Source: Trichormus sp. ATA11-4-KO1
Lineage (GTDB): Bacteria; Cyanobacteriota; Cyanobacteriia; Cyanobacteriales; Nostocaceae
Assembly (NCBI GenBank): GCA_019358915.1
Contig: JAHHIM010000055.1
Coordinates: forward strand, 32,001-96,000
Length of the DNA: 64,000 bases
Direction: 5' to 3'
Shown piece by piece: positions 30,209-39,907 of this stretch. The position numbers and the translations under genes were made by a program. Each line of letters starts with the position of its first letter. Position 1 is the first letter of the stretch. Under the pieces are notes generated by a model. It saw only the letters and a program-made list of their open reading frames with translations. It made no database searches and was not told where the DNA came from.

Positions 30209-30238
30209 TCCTGTCTATACCTTTAAGGAGAAAAAGTT

Positions 30239-30574
30239 ATGCATACGATCGCTCGCACCCCAACTACAGATATGGAAGTTACCAGCATCCGCCTAGAACG
30301 GGAACTCAAAGATAAACTCAAAGAAATTGCTGGCAATCAGGGATATCAAGCTTTGATCCGAGATATCCTGTGGAATTATGTCCAGCAAAAATCAGGTGAG
30401 TGGAAACCTCGATTTTCGCGCTCCGATATTCGAGCTAGTATAGCTGCCACAGCTCAGCAAGAAGAACGTTGTGTACTCACAGGCCAGCTAATTCAGCCCC
30501 AACAACCGATGTTGTTAGGACTAACGAGGAATGGCGACATGGTTCCTCTCAGTGTCGAAAGTTTAGCTGGATAA
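30239..30574 (+). CDS. trcR: Ribbon-helix-helix repressor, probable TrcR (All0854) ortholog
   Basis: VTSIRLERELKDKLK..GYQALIRDILWNYV RHH; divergent from HNH/alr0857-family genes as recalled for Anabaena PCC 7120. Confidence 0.7.
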   Translation: MHTIARTPTTDMEVTSIRLERELKDKLKEIAGNQGYQALIRDILWNYVQQKSGEWKPRFSRSDIRASIAATAQQEERCVLTGQLIQPQQPMLLGLTRNGDMVPLSVESLAG

Positions 30575-30878
30575 CTTTTATCTGTGTCAATGCAGCTCAT
30601 TTACTCATGTGAGCTGCATTCAAGTGTTTAGCTAAATTCCTGTATTAGGTAGACTTTAAAAAAACTTATATGCTATGAGTCATTAAATTTTGTGAAGTAC
30701 CATAAATGACTTTGAAATCACAAAGGTGGAAAACCCAAAATCGGACAAAACTTTAGGTGATTTTTATCAACCTTGCAGGGCTGGGGTACATGGACTCGAT
30801 CTGACTAAAGTTTCATTTCAGCTAAATTTCAGTGTAATGACGCTTGACAGGTGGAAACTATCAGCATATTTAATAAGT

Positions 30879-31022
30879 GGCGTTGCTAAATCAGAATACA
30901 TGTTTTTTTTCTTTGTACCCACGCGTTAGCGGAGCTGATACTTACAGCAAACTACGTGCACACTGTAGCGATACGCTGTACTAGTGTGCTAGGGAAAATT
31001 CATATTTTCAACCAGCAACACC
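30879..31022. mobile_element. Degenerate copy of the GGC[AG]TTGCT-ended MITE family
   Basis: GGCGTTGCTAAATCAGAATA...TTCATATTTTCAACCAGCAACACC matches the ends of 979-1089. Confidence 0.7.
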
Positions 31023-31543
31023 CAATACATCATTTATCGACAAGAGAAACTACATCAAAAACATCCACACTCAAGTAGCCATCGAAGTTTTTTCTCAAGC
31101 TCTGCCATAATAGGATTTTAATTTTTGTCAACCCAATATAAAATCAAAAGTGGTTTAGTAAAAAAAAATACCTAGTCTATTCAAGAGCATAGTATTATTG
31201 CGGTTCAATTTCTCAAGTTATGGTCTCAATTCTGGAGAAATTACGGTTTATGTATAGTTACAGACAATGTATCCTAGTCCCATGTTAGTTAATTAAGTCT
31301 GCAGAAAAAGCCAAACAATAGCTGGATAAATCGTTTTAGTATATTCCGAGTATTTTGATACTTATGTAGACATCAGTTTAATATACCAGTAACTTGGTCA
31401 TCTGAAATAGAAAGGGGCTATAACAGGTGAGAGAAAGTCTTCATAAGATATTTCCCACTCATCAGGGTAGTAGCAACGTAACTAACGGTGAAGAATATGC
31501 CAAGAGATTGGGTGCAGAAACAATGGGGTAATTATCCAAGAGC

Positions 31544-33583
31544 GTGCCAGGAATGAAAAAGTATTTATCATTGCCGCCACAGTCCCCAGATGACCTAGAG
31601 CGACTACAACCATACCCAGTTAAGCTGATGCAGCATCAGGAAGAACCAGTCCATCATCTGGCACAAAGAATTAACCACATCATTGCCAACACTTCGGGAA
31701 CGGCATTGATGTTACAAGAAATTGCCCAATTGCTAGGAGTTACCTTTGAAGTAGACTGTTGCTGTTTAGTTACAGTTAATAGTGACGCCTCAAGTGACGC
31801 GACTGCCGCTAATTGGTGCGCTGACGAGTATCTGGGAATGCCACACCCCAGCGAAATGTCCTCGATGGAACAGTTAATGATGGACTTGCCTGTTGTGCAA
31901 TGTGCAGCTGAACCATTAACGATTGAAGACATTTCGACTATTCAAAACAGCTTGATAGTTGGCTGTCAATATCTGCCGTTACCGATTAAAGCTGTTTTGG
32001 CAATCCCTACACGGTTTGGGGGTAAAAATAACGGTGTGATTTGTCTGATCAAATTCCAGTCCTACGATTGGCATGAGTCAGAAAAGCAATTGCTAAAAGA
32101 GATAGGGCCGTCTTGTGCGATCGCCTTTTCCCAAGTTCTACAAGCACAGTTAATTGCTACTCAAAACCAGTATCTGCAAAAAAGCCATCATTATCAAAGC
32201 TTGATCAAGCAATTAACTATACTTAGTCGGAGTAACTTGGAGTTGAATCAAATGCTCCAGTTAGCGATCGCCTCGACTGCCGAATCACTACAGGCAGATC
32301 GGGGTTTGCTGATATTACTCAAATATACAGATCCACTATTTAGAATTCAACCTAAAAAACAAATTCCTCACGCCAAAGCTACTGTTGTGGGCGAATGGCA
32401 TCGGGAAATGCCAACCCCAACTAATAAGCCAAATTCTATAACTCAGTCGTTTTCTCTTTCAGAGTGTGCTTTGTGCCAGCGCGTATTTATAGAATCTGGC
32501 AAACCAGTAATTATTAATGACTATACAGACCTACAAGATACTTGGACAGTTGCCCCTTTGTTTGCAATTGAAGTCTTACCAACAGTGCTGTTAATGCCAT
32601 TAGAGAATCAAGGCAAAGTCTTAGGGTTCTTAGTGCTACAACAAGCAGTTGCCCGTACTTGGCAACTAGCAGAATTAACTCTTGTAGAAATGGTTTGCGC
32701 CCAGGTGAGTAATGCCATCATTCAGTCGCAGACATTACGGCAAGTCCAGACTGTGGTAGATGAGCGGACGGCAAAATTAACCAGTAGTCTAGAACTACAA
32801 GCAAAATTGCATGAAAGAACGCGGCAATATATCAAGCAGCTGCGGGAACTAAACGAACTCAAAGATGAATTTTTGAGCAACATGAGCGATCGCTTGCGCT
32901 ACCCACTGACCAATATGCTGATGTCAATCAAGAATTTACGTCTACCGGGAATCACACCGGAGCGTCAGGTAAGATACCTAAATATTTTAGAGCAAGAATG
33001 TACCAAGGAAATCAACTTAATTAATGACTTGCTGACTTTACAGAAACTAGAGTCGGAGAAAGAAGCGCCACAGTTTGAGACGATTGATTTAAATAGCAAA
33101 ATTCAGGAGTTAGGTGCAGCTTTTGAGAAAAGGCTAGTAGATAAAGGATTAAGCATAACTTTAGATTTACCGCCGGAACCGTTAACATTACAAACCGAAC
33201 TAGAGAGTTTTGACCGCATCCTCCAAGAGTTATTAAATAATGCCTATACATACTCCGAGCATGACAGTGCTGTCCACTTACAAGCATTTCACCGAGTTGA
33301 AGAGCAAATTGATCAAGTTATTATTAAGGTGACCAACACAGGACGTGCCATCTCTGAAGAAGAAGCAACCTACATTTTCGACAAATTCCGTCGTGGTAAA
33401 GGACGCTGGCATCCAGGGACTGGATTGGGACTTGCCCTAGTCAAATCTCTAGTACAGCACTTGCATGGGGCGATCGCTGTTGAGAGTACACAAATCTTAG
33501 ATTCCCCACTGAGCAAAGTTTGTTTTACCCTCATTCTGCCCCAATTTTCTGATGAAAGCAAAGCATATGCCGAAAGTGACTGA
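31544..33583 (+). CDS. GAF-GAF sensor histidine-kinase-like protein lacking the H-box His
   Basis: Two GAF-like regions; FLSNMSDRLRYPL; ELLNNA (N box), IFDKF, GTGLGL. Confidence 0.88.
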   Translation: MPGMKKYLSLPPQSPDDLERLQPYPVKLMQHQEEPVHHLAQRINHIIANTSGTALMLQEIAQLLGVTFEVDCCCLVTVNSDASSDATAANWCADEYLGMPHPSEMSSMEQLMMDLPVVQCAAEPLTIEDISTIQNSLIVGCQYLPLPIKAVLAIPTRFGGKNNGVICLIKFQSYDWHESEKQLLKEIGPSCAIAFSQVLQAQLIATQNQYLQKSHHYQSLIKQLTILSRSNLELNQMLQLAIASTAESLQADRGLLILLKYTDPLFRIQPKKQIPHAKATVVGEWHREMPTPTNKPNSITQSFSLSECALCQRVFIESGKPVIINDYTDLQDTWTVAPLFAIEVLPTVLLMPLENQGKVLGFLVLQQAVARTWQLAELTLVEMVCAQVSNAIIQSQTLRQVQTVVDERTAKLTSSLELQAKLHERTRQYIKQLRELNELKDEFLSNMSDRLRYPLTNMLMSIKNLRLPGITPERQVRYLNILEQECTKEINLINDLLTLQKLESEKEAPQFETIDLNSKIQELGAAFEKRLVDKGLSITLDLPPEPLTLQTELESFDRILQELLNNAYTYSEHDSAVHLQAFHRVEEQIDQVIIKVTNTGRAISEEEATYIFDKFRRGKGRWHPGTGLGLALVKSLVQHLHGAIAVESTQILDSPLSKVCFTLILPQFSDESKAYAESD

Positions 33584-34175
33584 ACAAGACAACACCATCA
33601 ATCATCTTGACCTTCAAGCCGCTAATGATGACACACAGCTAGAAAACAACTTGGCTGCTGATGTAGTTGGTTTACCAGATGTGGCAATTCAAATTGAAAA
33701 AATAGCGGAACGAAAGCGGCAAATTACTGCTAAGATTCAAATTCCCCAGCCAGTCGAACAAATCTGGCAGGTGCTGACAAATTATGAGGCCTTGTCTGAC
33801 TTCATTCCCAGCCTGGCGAAAAGTTGTCTGCTGGAGCATCCTAACGGTGGGATTCGACTGGAACAAATAGGCTCTCAGCGCTTACTCAATTTCAACTTTT
33901 GTGCGCGTGTAGTTTTAGATTTGGAGGAATACTTTCCTAGGGAAATTAATTTCTCTATGGTAGAGGGAGATTTCAAAGGCTTTTCTGGTAGCTGGTGTTT
34001 AGAGCCTTATGCTCTAGGCGAGGATGTAGGAACTATTCTCTGCTACACAATCCAAGTCTGGCCTAAACTGACTATGCCAGTGGCAATCATTGAACGTCGC
34101 CTCAGCAATGATCTGCGGTTAAATCTTCTAGCTATTCACCAACGTGTTGAGCAGTTAGCTAATTTAAATTCCTAA
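33552..34175 (+). CDS. SRPBCC/polyketide cyclase-dehydrase family protein
   Basis: IWQVLTNYEALSDFIP, FSMVEGDFKGFSGSW. Confidence 0.88.
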   Translation: MKAKHMPKVTEQDNTINHLDLQAANDDTQLENNLAADVVGLPDVAIQIEKIAERKRQITAKIQIPQPVEQIWQVLTNYEALSDFIPSLAKSCLLEHPNGGIRLEQIGSQRLLNFNFCARVVLDLEEYFPREINFSMVEGDFKGFSGSWCLEPYALGEDVGTILCYTIQVWPKLTMPVAIIERRLSNDLRLNLLAIHQRVEQLANLNS

Positions 34176-34252
34176 AACTCAGCCTTTTCTTCAAAGGTAA
34201 CTATAGAAGAAAAGGCTTAAATACAAAATAATTCGATTTTATATTTTTAAAG

Positions 34253-34325
34253 TACCCCCAGGGGAATTCGAATCCCCGTCGCCTCCGTGAAAGGGAGGTG
34301 TCCTAGGCCTCTAGACGATGGGGGC
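34253..34325 (-). tRNA. tRNA-Glu(TTC)
   Basis: GCCCCCATCGTCTAGAGGCCTAGGA-CACCTCC-CT-TTC-AC-GGAGG...GGATTCGAATTCC. Confidence 0.97.
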
Positions 34326-34741
34326 GTAAGACTCAAACCTTTTATAAAATAACGAATTTTATGGTTGATGTCAACAGCTTTTGCCAAAAAAAAATTGCGT
34401 CAGCTAAAATGAGCAGCAATAAGTGCGATCGCCAGTGAATAATCATACAATCACTGTTATTTAAATTTGTGCATCAGGCACACAATGCAATAGCATCAGC
34501 AGCGATTTCTTTAGCTGTTGTATTTTTTCTGGTGTTTGATACTAAAAAAGGACTCTTAATTACCACCCAAGCATCATTGGTTGTTTCTCCAAACATAGTA
34601 GAATAGAGTAATATATAGAACTAAGTATGAAAAAAACTGGGAATTTATCTAGGGACAAAGGATGTGATGTTGTACTCTGTAGAGGTAATATTTACCATTC
34701 TTTACAAAAGATTTTGAAATATATCGCTCAAAATCTACAAC

Positions 34742-36661
34742 ATGGAAGCATCTTTTGAAATCACCCTACAGGTGGTGAGCGTCGTTGTTGCAGGCATTAG
34801 TGCCCAGGTACTGGCTGCATACTTCCGCTTACCTAGCATTGTTTTGTTATTGCTATTAGGCATTGTGCTTGGCTCTGATGGGCTGGGCTTGTTGCATCCG
34901 CATTTGCTAGGTACGGGACTAGAAGTAATTGTTGCTCTAGCAACGGCAATAATTTTATTTGAAGGCGGACTCAACCTAGATTTACGAGAGTTGGGCAGAG
35001 TTTCCGTTAGCCTGCAATTGCTTGTCACCCTGGGAACTTTAATCACTCTCATTGGCGGTAGTATGGCAGCCCACTGGCTGGGCGAATTTCCTTGGAATAT
35101 CGCTTTTCTCTATGCCTCTATCGTTGTGGTCACAGGGCCAACGGTGATCAGTCCTCTGCTCAAACAAATTAATGTAGATCGACAAGTAGCAACGATCTTA
35201 GAAGGGGAAGGCGTTTTAATCGATCCTGTAGGAGCCATCCTCGCCTTCGTTGTCCTAGACACAATCATGAACGGCGATGCTGACCCCATCAATGCCATTA
35301 TTGGTTTACTTATACGTCTGGGAATTGGTGGGGCTATTGGCGCAGCCGGTGGCTACTTGATGAGCTTAATTTTCAAACGCGCCAATTTTCTCTCATCTGA
35401 GTTAAAAAATTTGGTGGTACTGGCGATTCTCTGGGGTCTGTTTTCGTTAGCGCAGACAATCCGCAGTGAATCGGGAGTTATGACAACAGTCATTGCAGGT
35501 GCGGTATTTGCCAACTCTTCGGTGCCGGAAGAGCGTCTATTGCGGAGTTTTAAAGGTCAGCTAACAATTCTCAGCGTTTCAGTGCTATTTATCCTCCTAG
35601 CAGCTGATTTATCCATTGCTAGTGTGTTTGCCTTGGGTTGGGGCAGTTTATTTACGGTTTTGGTACTAATGTTCGTCGTGCGTCCGATTAACATTCTTTG
35701 CTGTACCTGGAACAGTAACCTGAATTGGCGACAAAAACTGTTTTTAAGTTGGGTGGCGCCTAGGGGTATTGTTTCTGCCTCCGTTGCTTCTTTATTCGCT
35801 ATTTCTTTGACACAGCGCGGTATTAACGGCGGTGATGCCATTAAAGCTTTAGTATTCCTCACAATTATCACGACGGTGGTTTGCCAAGGGTTAACAGCTG
35901 GCCAAATTGCTAAGTGGTTGCGAATCACCTCCAAAGATGCAACTGGGGCAGTGATTGTGGGTTGTAATCCCTTGAGTTTGTTAATTGCCCGCTTCTTTCA
36001 AGAACGAGGAGAAACAGTGGTCATGATTGACACTGACCCGGAACGTTGTGCCAAGGCAGCAGCTCAAGATATCCGAGTGATTTCTAGCAGTGCATTGGAA
36101 GTTAGCGTTTTGGAAGAGGCAGGACTTGCTTCTATGGGAACTTTTTTGGCTATGACCAGTAATGGTGAGGTCAATTTTGTTTTAGCTCAACGGGCAGCAG
36201 AGGAATTTAATCCGCCGCGTGTTTTAGCGGTTTTTCCCCGTGACCCCCAAGCTAACTCCAGTTCCCATAATAAAGTTCACCAAGCTTTTGCTACAGATTT
36301 AGCAATTAAAACTTGGAATGAGTACATAAATGATGGCAGAGTGAAGTTAGGAACAACTACACTCAATGATGCTGAATTTCCTAAGCAACAGGATCGCATC
36401 CAAGAAAAGATTCGGTCTGGAGAATTAATCCCACTACTGGTAGAACGAGAAGACCACCTACAGGTAATGCCAGCAAGTCAAGAATGGGAAGTAGGCGATC
36501 GCATTATTTATTTATTGCATGACCCCAGACCTAATCTATTAAAACGTCTATCCGGTGGTAGCCAATCGACTCGCCTTTCTCTAGAAACCTTACCTGAGGT
36601 CGAAGAAGTACCTTTAGCGAAATTATCTCAACTTTTTACTGGCGATGCTCCTGAAAATTGA
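34742..36661 (+). CDS. CPA1/NhaP-type cation:proton antiporter with TrkA-N domain
   Basis: About 12 TM helices, ILFEGG, VTGPTV, EGEGVLIDP, APRGIVSA. Confidence 0.92.
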   Translation: MEASFEITLQVVSVVVAGISAQVLAAYFRLPSIVLLLLLGIVLGSDGLGLLHPHLLGTGLEVIVALATAIILFEGGLNLDLRELGRVSVSLQLLVTLGTLITLIGGSMAAHWLGEFPWNIAFLYASIVVVTGPTVISPLLKQINVDRQVATILEGEGVLIDPVGAILAFVVLDTIMNGDADPINAIIGLLIRLGIGGAIGAAGGYLMSLIFKRANFLSSELKNLVVLAILWGLFSLAQTIRSESGVMTTVIAGAVFANSSVPEERLLRSFKGQLTILSVSVLFILLAADLSIASVFALGWGSLFTVLVLMFVVRPINILCCTWNSNLNWRQKLFLSWVAPRGIVSASVASLFAISLTQRGINGGDAIKALVFLTIITTVVCQGLTAGQIAKWLRITSKDATGAVIVGCNPLSLLIARFFQERGETVVMIDTDPERCAKAAAQDIRVISSSALEVSVLEEAGLASMGTFLAMTSNGEVNFVLAQRAAEEFNPPRVLAVFPRDPQANSSSHNKVHQAFATDLAIKTWNEYINDGRVKLGTTTLNDAEFPKQQDRIQEKIRSGELIPLLVEREDHLQVMPASQEWEVGDRIIYLLHDPRPNLLKRLSGGSQSTRLSLETLPEVEEVPLAKLSQLFTGDAPEN

Positions 36662-37263
36662 GCTAAATCACCTCCGCTATACATTTGCTGTTCCTGCCAA
36701 ATTAAGGCAGATAGATGTACCACAGCCAAAATAATGGCAGCAAGCGAAATAAGATAACTGTGGATGGTGTAAAGGTGTGCAACAGTGACGGTGCTAATAG
36801 CGCCACCGCCTGTCAGAATGTCTCGCAGTTGTCCACCAATGAAAGGAATAGCTTCAATTGTTCCTAGTTCGATGCTAAAACGCCAGTACCCTTCTTGAGT
36901 CCAGTCTAAAAGCATCGCTGTCCAATCTAAGGCGATCGCACTAAGTGTAAACAAAATCCCACTAATCCAAGCAGTCAGCCAACTTTTGCTAAATTGCCGA
37001 CCTAAAAACATCACCACAATTTGCACTAAGGCCACCACGATGACAGCATTACCAGCAAGATCATGCGCTCTCAGAAACAACCAGCCATATGGTACTTGTG
37101 TACTAATTGTTCTCAATGATCTATAAGCACCACCTGCTGTTGGTTCGTAATAAAAAGCCAGCAAAATTCCCGTAGTGATGTAAATCAAGCACAGGGTAAG
37201 AATCACAACCGCTAAAATCGTTGCCAGTCGTCGCCAAATTCTATCGAACTGGGTGCTTTGCAT
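36628..37263 (-). CDS. Divergent cytochrome b/b6 N-terminal-domain protein
   Basis: TGILLAFYYEP, YGWLFLRAH, LDWTQEGYW, AIPFIG, LYTIH. Confidence 0.88.
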   Translation of the reverse strand: MQSTQFDRIWRRLATILAVVILTLCLIYITTGILLAFYYEPTAGGAYRSLRTISTQVPYGWLFLRAHDLAGNAVIVVALVQIVVMFLGRQFSKSWLTAWISGILFTLSAIALDWTAMLLDWTQEGYWRFSIELGTIEAIPFIGGQLRDILTGGGAISTVTVAHLYTIHSYLISLAAIILAVVHLSALIWQEQQMYSGGDLAQFSGASPVKS

Positions 37264-37372
37264 AGCTCACCCCTCCTGTTCTTAACTAAATTATTTATTT
37301 TTATTACAATTTCAATTTTAGCTAAGAAATATTAATATATTTTACTTTTCTCAGAAAAATATAAAGTTTTTT

Positions 37373-37668
37373 TAAACTAAATACTGTACCCAAGTTTTTA
37401 ATGGTTCTGGTGAGCCATACCAAAGGTCTCCAAGGTAAATCCGGGAAATCCAACCTCCTGCCGAGTGACCGATTCAATTGACTTGGGTAGCGTCATGTTC
37501 ATGTAACATTTGTTTGACGGTGCGATCAAGTTGCCACAAAATCAATGTTACAGGTCTCCCACCAATGGTAGGTAACCAGTCACCCAACTGTAAAAGAGAT
37601 TGTTCTAGTTGGCGGTAAGCGATCGCGCTTTCTAAATATCCAAGGACAAGAACTGTGGGTAATGGCAT
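37373..37668 (-). pseudogene. Alpha/beta-hydrolase (lipase/esterase) pseudogene
   Basis: MPLPTVLVLGYLESAIAY...ATQVN*IGHSAGGWISRIYLG: in-frame TGA just before the GxSxG motif; C-terminal half absent. Confidence 0.8.
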
Positions 37669-38227
37669 GTAAAAGTGTGGGGAGTTTGTTTTGCTGAAAT
37701 TTGCCTTGGTGGACTAGTAGCAGAAGACAGTTTTGATGATCATGACATTTCTGGTTGGGAGTCCCCAGAAAAATAGCAAATTTGGCTACAGTGGGAAACT
37801 AGTTTGATGTGATAGGATTAGGCCAAACTAAATTCTGTTTTAAAAGTAAGCTTGGTGTACGTTACAGAGCGTATCTGACTAAAAAATAATTTAGTTCAGC
37901 AAACAAGCAAATAAAACAAACAGTAAGTTATGCATTCAGACTGATGCGATCTCTACCAGTAGCAACTACCCTAGGTTTCAGTCCGGATTGTACAACTCCT
38001 CATAAAAATCGCCATTCAACAGTGAGCATTAATTTCAGCGCCTCTCTCGCCAGTGCAACATTGTTTTAATGTCTAATTAACAAATTAAAAACTTGAAAAA
38101 AGCCTATCCTGCCATGTTGAGTACCAGTATAGGAAGTTATGATCTTTTAGAGGGACGCATCTCCTGTAATCAAGATAAAATTGCTTTGCTAGTCAACCGC
38201 AACCGAGCCGAGTGAACGATAACAGTT

Positions 38228-39643
38228 ATGTCTTACGTCTCCCTGCTAAAAAATATACCAGAAATCTTAAGCCAGCCAACTGGGATAGCAGCCATCGCCT
38301 CTCTTGGCATTCATGGCGCTATTGCATTGATTGTGCCACTGATGCCTGTAGAATCTGACATATCTAAAGAGGAATCAGCATCACCAAAATCGGTCGGTAT
38401 TTTGGAATTAAGCCAAGCTGACCAAAACCGTCTGCCACAAACTCCAGAGACAATGCAATCACAAGTTGCCCTGCAACCGCAGCTGCCCCTACAACCGCAA
38501 TTGCCGCTACAACCGCAACTTCTACCTCCAAATCTGGATACCCAGACGACGATATTGCCACCTTTGCCACCACCGTCTTATACCCAGCCTGTACTACCGC
38601 CAATCGCTTCAATACCTAACAATTATCGCGATCGCACTGCCTCCTTGCCCAATAGAAGGCCTGCATCGGTAGCTCCTAGGCAGAATTTCCGATTTGATAC
38701 ATCTGGTTTTAATGCCGCCGACAGCAAACTCACCGCATCAGTTCCTAATTTTAATGATAAAGACATCACGGTAGCAGTAACCAAACCACTACCTGTAAAC
38801 AAATTACCCGAGTTATCTGCGGCTAGAACACCTGATGACTTGATAAATTCCCCGTCCCCGTCTACGACAACACCAAACAAGCCCACTCCACAAATCACGC
38901 AGCCGGGGAATGGAGCACCGAGAGTTGATCGCAACCAGCCATTGGTATCTCGCATCCAACCAACCCCACAAACTGGAAATAATTTAACTCTAGGAAATGA
39001 AAGTATCCCCAAATTGCAGCAGGGATCTACACCCAAAGCACCTGAGTTGCCCTTGCAGCAAGTCAATGAGCAAGAGACATTGATTGCCCAACTAAACTCA
39101 TACGAAGAACTGAGAAAAGCAGTTCAGCAAGCATATCCTAATTCGGAAGAAAAAGCAGTAATCCGTGAGACTATTGCTACAAATAAACCGGGTATGGATA
39201 GCACTGTTTTGGGTTTCTTAGTAGTAGATACTGAGGGCGAGGTTTTAGATATTAAATTCCAAGACAAGACAGTTTCTCCTGAATTGCAATTAAGAGCAAG
39301 AGAATATTTTAAAACCAGGTCTCCTAAAGGAGATAAGCGGATCAGCCGTTATCCGTTTAGCCTGCGTTTCCAAAACAACGAAAACACTGCTGAAGCTACT
39401 TCAGAGCAGACACCCGCAGCCGTTAAACCAACATCCACCCCAGCAACTACGATTAAACCATTACCGGAACTGCGAATCAGAACTAAGCCACAGACACCCG
39501 CATCGGGAATTACTCCTAAACCATCATTTACACAGGAAGCCAACAGCAATCAGCTGTCACCTTCCAGAGAATCTGGTCAAAAACTCATCCAAAAGTTGCG
39601 TCAAGTGAGAGAACAAAGACAAGATTCTACTCCAGAATCTTGA
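38228..39643 (+). CDS. Pro/Gln-rich membrane-anchored hypothetical protein (TonB-like architecture)
   Basis: N-terminal ASLGIHG TM motif, long P-rich linker, small globular domain (FLVVDTEGEV). Confidence 0.75.
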   Translation: MSYVSLLKNIPEILSQPTGIAAIASLGIHGAIALIVPLMPVESDISKEESASPKSVGILELSQADQNRLPQTPETMQSQVALQPQLPLQPQLPLQPQLLPPNLDTQTTILPPLPPPSYTQPVLPPIASIPNNYRDRTASLPNRRPASVAPRQNFRFDTSGFNAADSKLTASVPNFNDKDITVAVTKPLPVNKLPELSAARTPDDLINSPSPSTTTPNKPTPQITQPGNGAPRVDRNQPLVSRIQPTPQTGNNLTLGNESIPKLQQGSTPKAPELPLQQVNEQETLIAQLNSYEELRKAVQQAYPNSEEKAVIRETIATNKPGMDSTVLGFLVVDTEGEVLDIKFQDKTVSPELQLRAREYFKTRSPKGDKRISRYPFSLRFQNNENTAEATSEQTPAAVKPTSTPATTIKPLPELRIRTKPQTPASGITPKPSFTQEANSNQLSPSRESGQKLIQKLRQVREQRQDSTPES

Positions 39644-39701
39644 AACGGGGAGATGGGGAGATGGGGGGAAGAACTTAATATTAGTAATCTCCCCTTGTCC
39701 C

Positions 39702-39874
39702 CAGGGCTGTTTCATTCGCTTGTGTTGGAGATTTGTCAAGAGGATAATCTCACGCAAAGGCGCAAAGACGCAAAGAAAAATCAGGTATTTCGGACTGAAG
39801 ATGCCAAAATTTCCGGTCTTAATTGTGGATTTGCCCTTGCAATTTTAACCCTTTTAGGGAACGAATCAGCCCTG
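39702..39874. mobile_element. 173-bp MITE, copy 2 (inverted)
   Basis: Reverse complement of 2796-2968 with about 2 substitutions; 10-bp TSD CCCTTGTCCC (39692-39701, 39875-39884). Confidence 0.92.
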
Positions 39875-39907
39875 CCCTTGTCCCCATACCCGGCAATCGC
39901 AGCTGAT

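Noticed and set aside
30726..30929. 67-aa ORF
   Set aside because: It spans two MITE remnants
37700..38200. Possible sRNA in the long intergenic region
   Set aside because: I could not identify a convincing terminator or known motif
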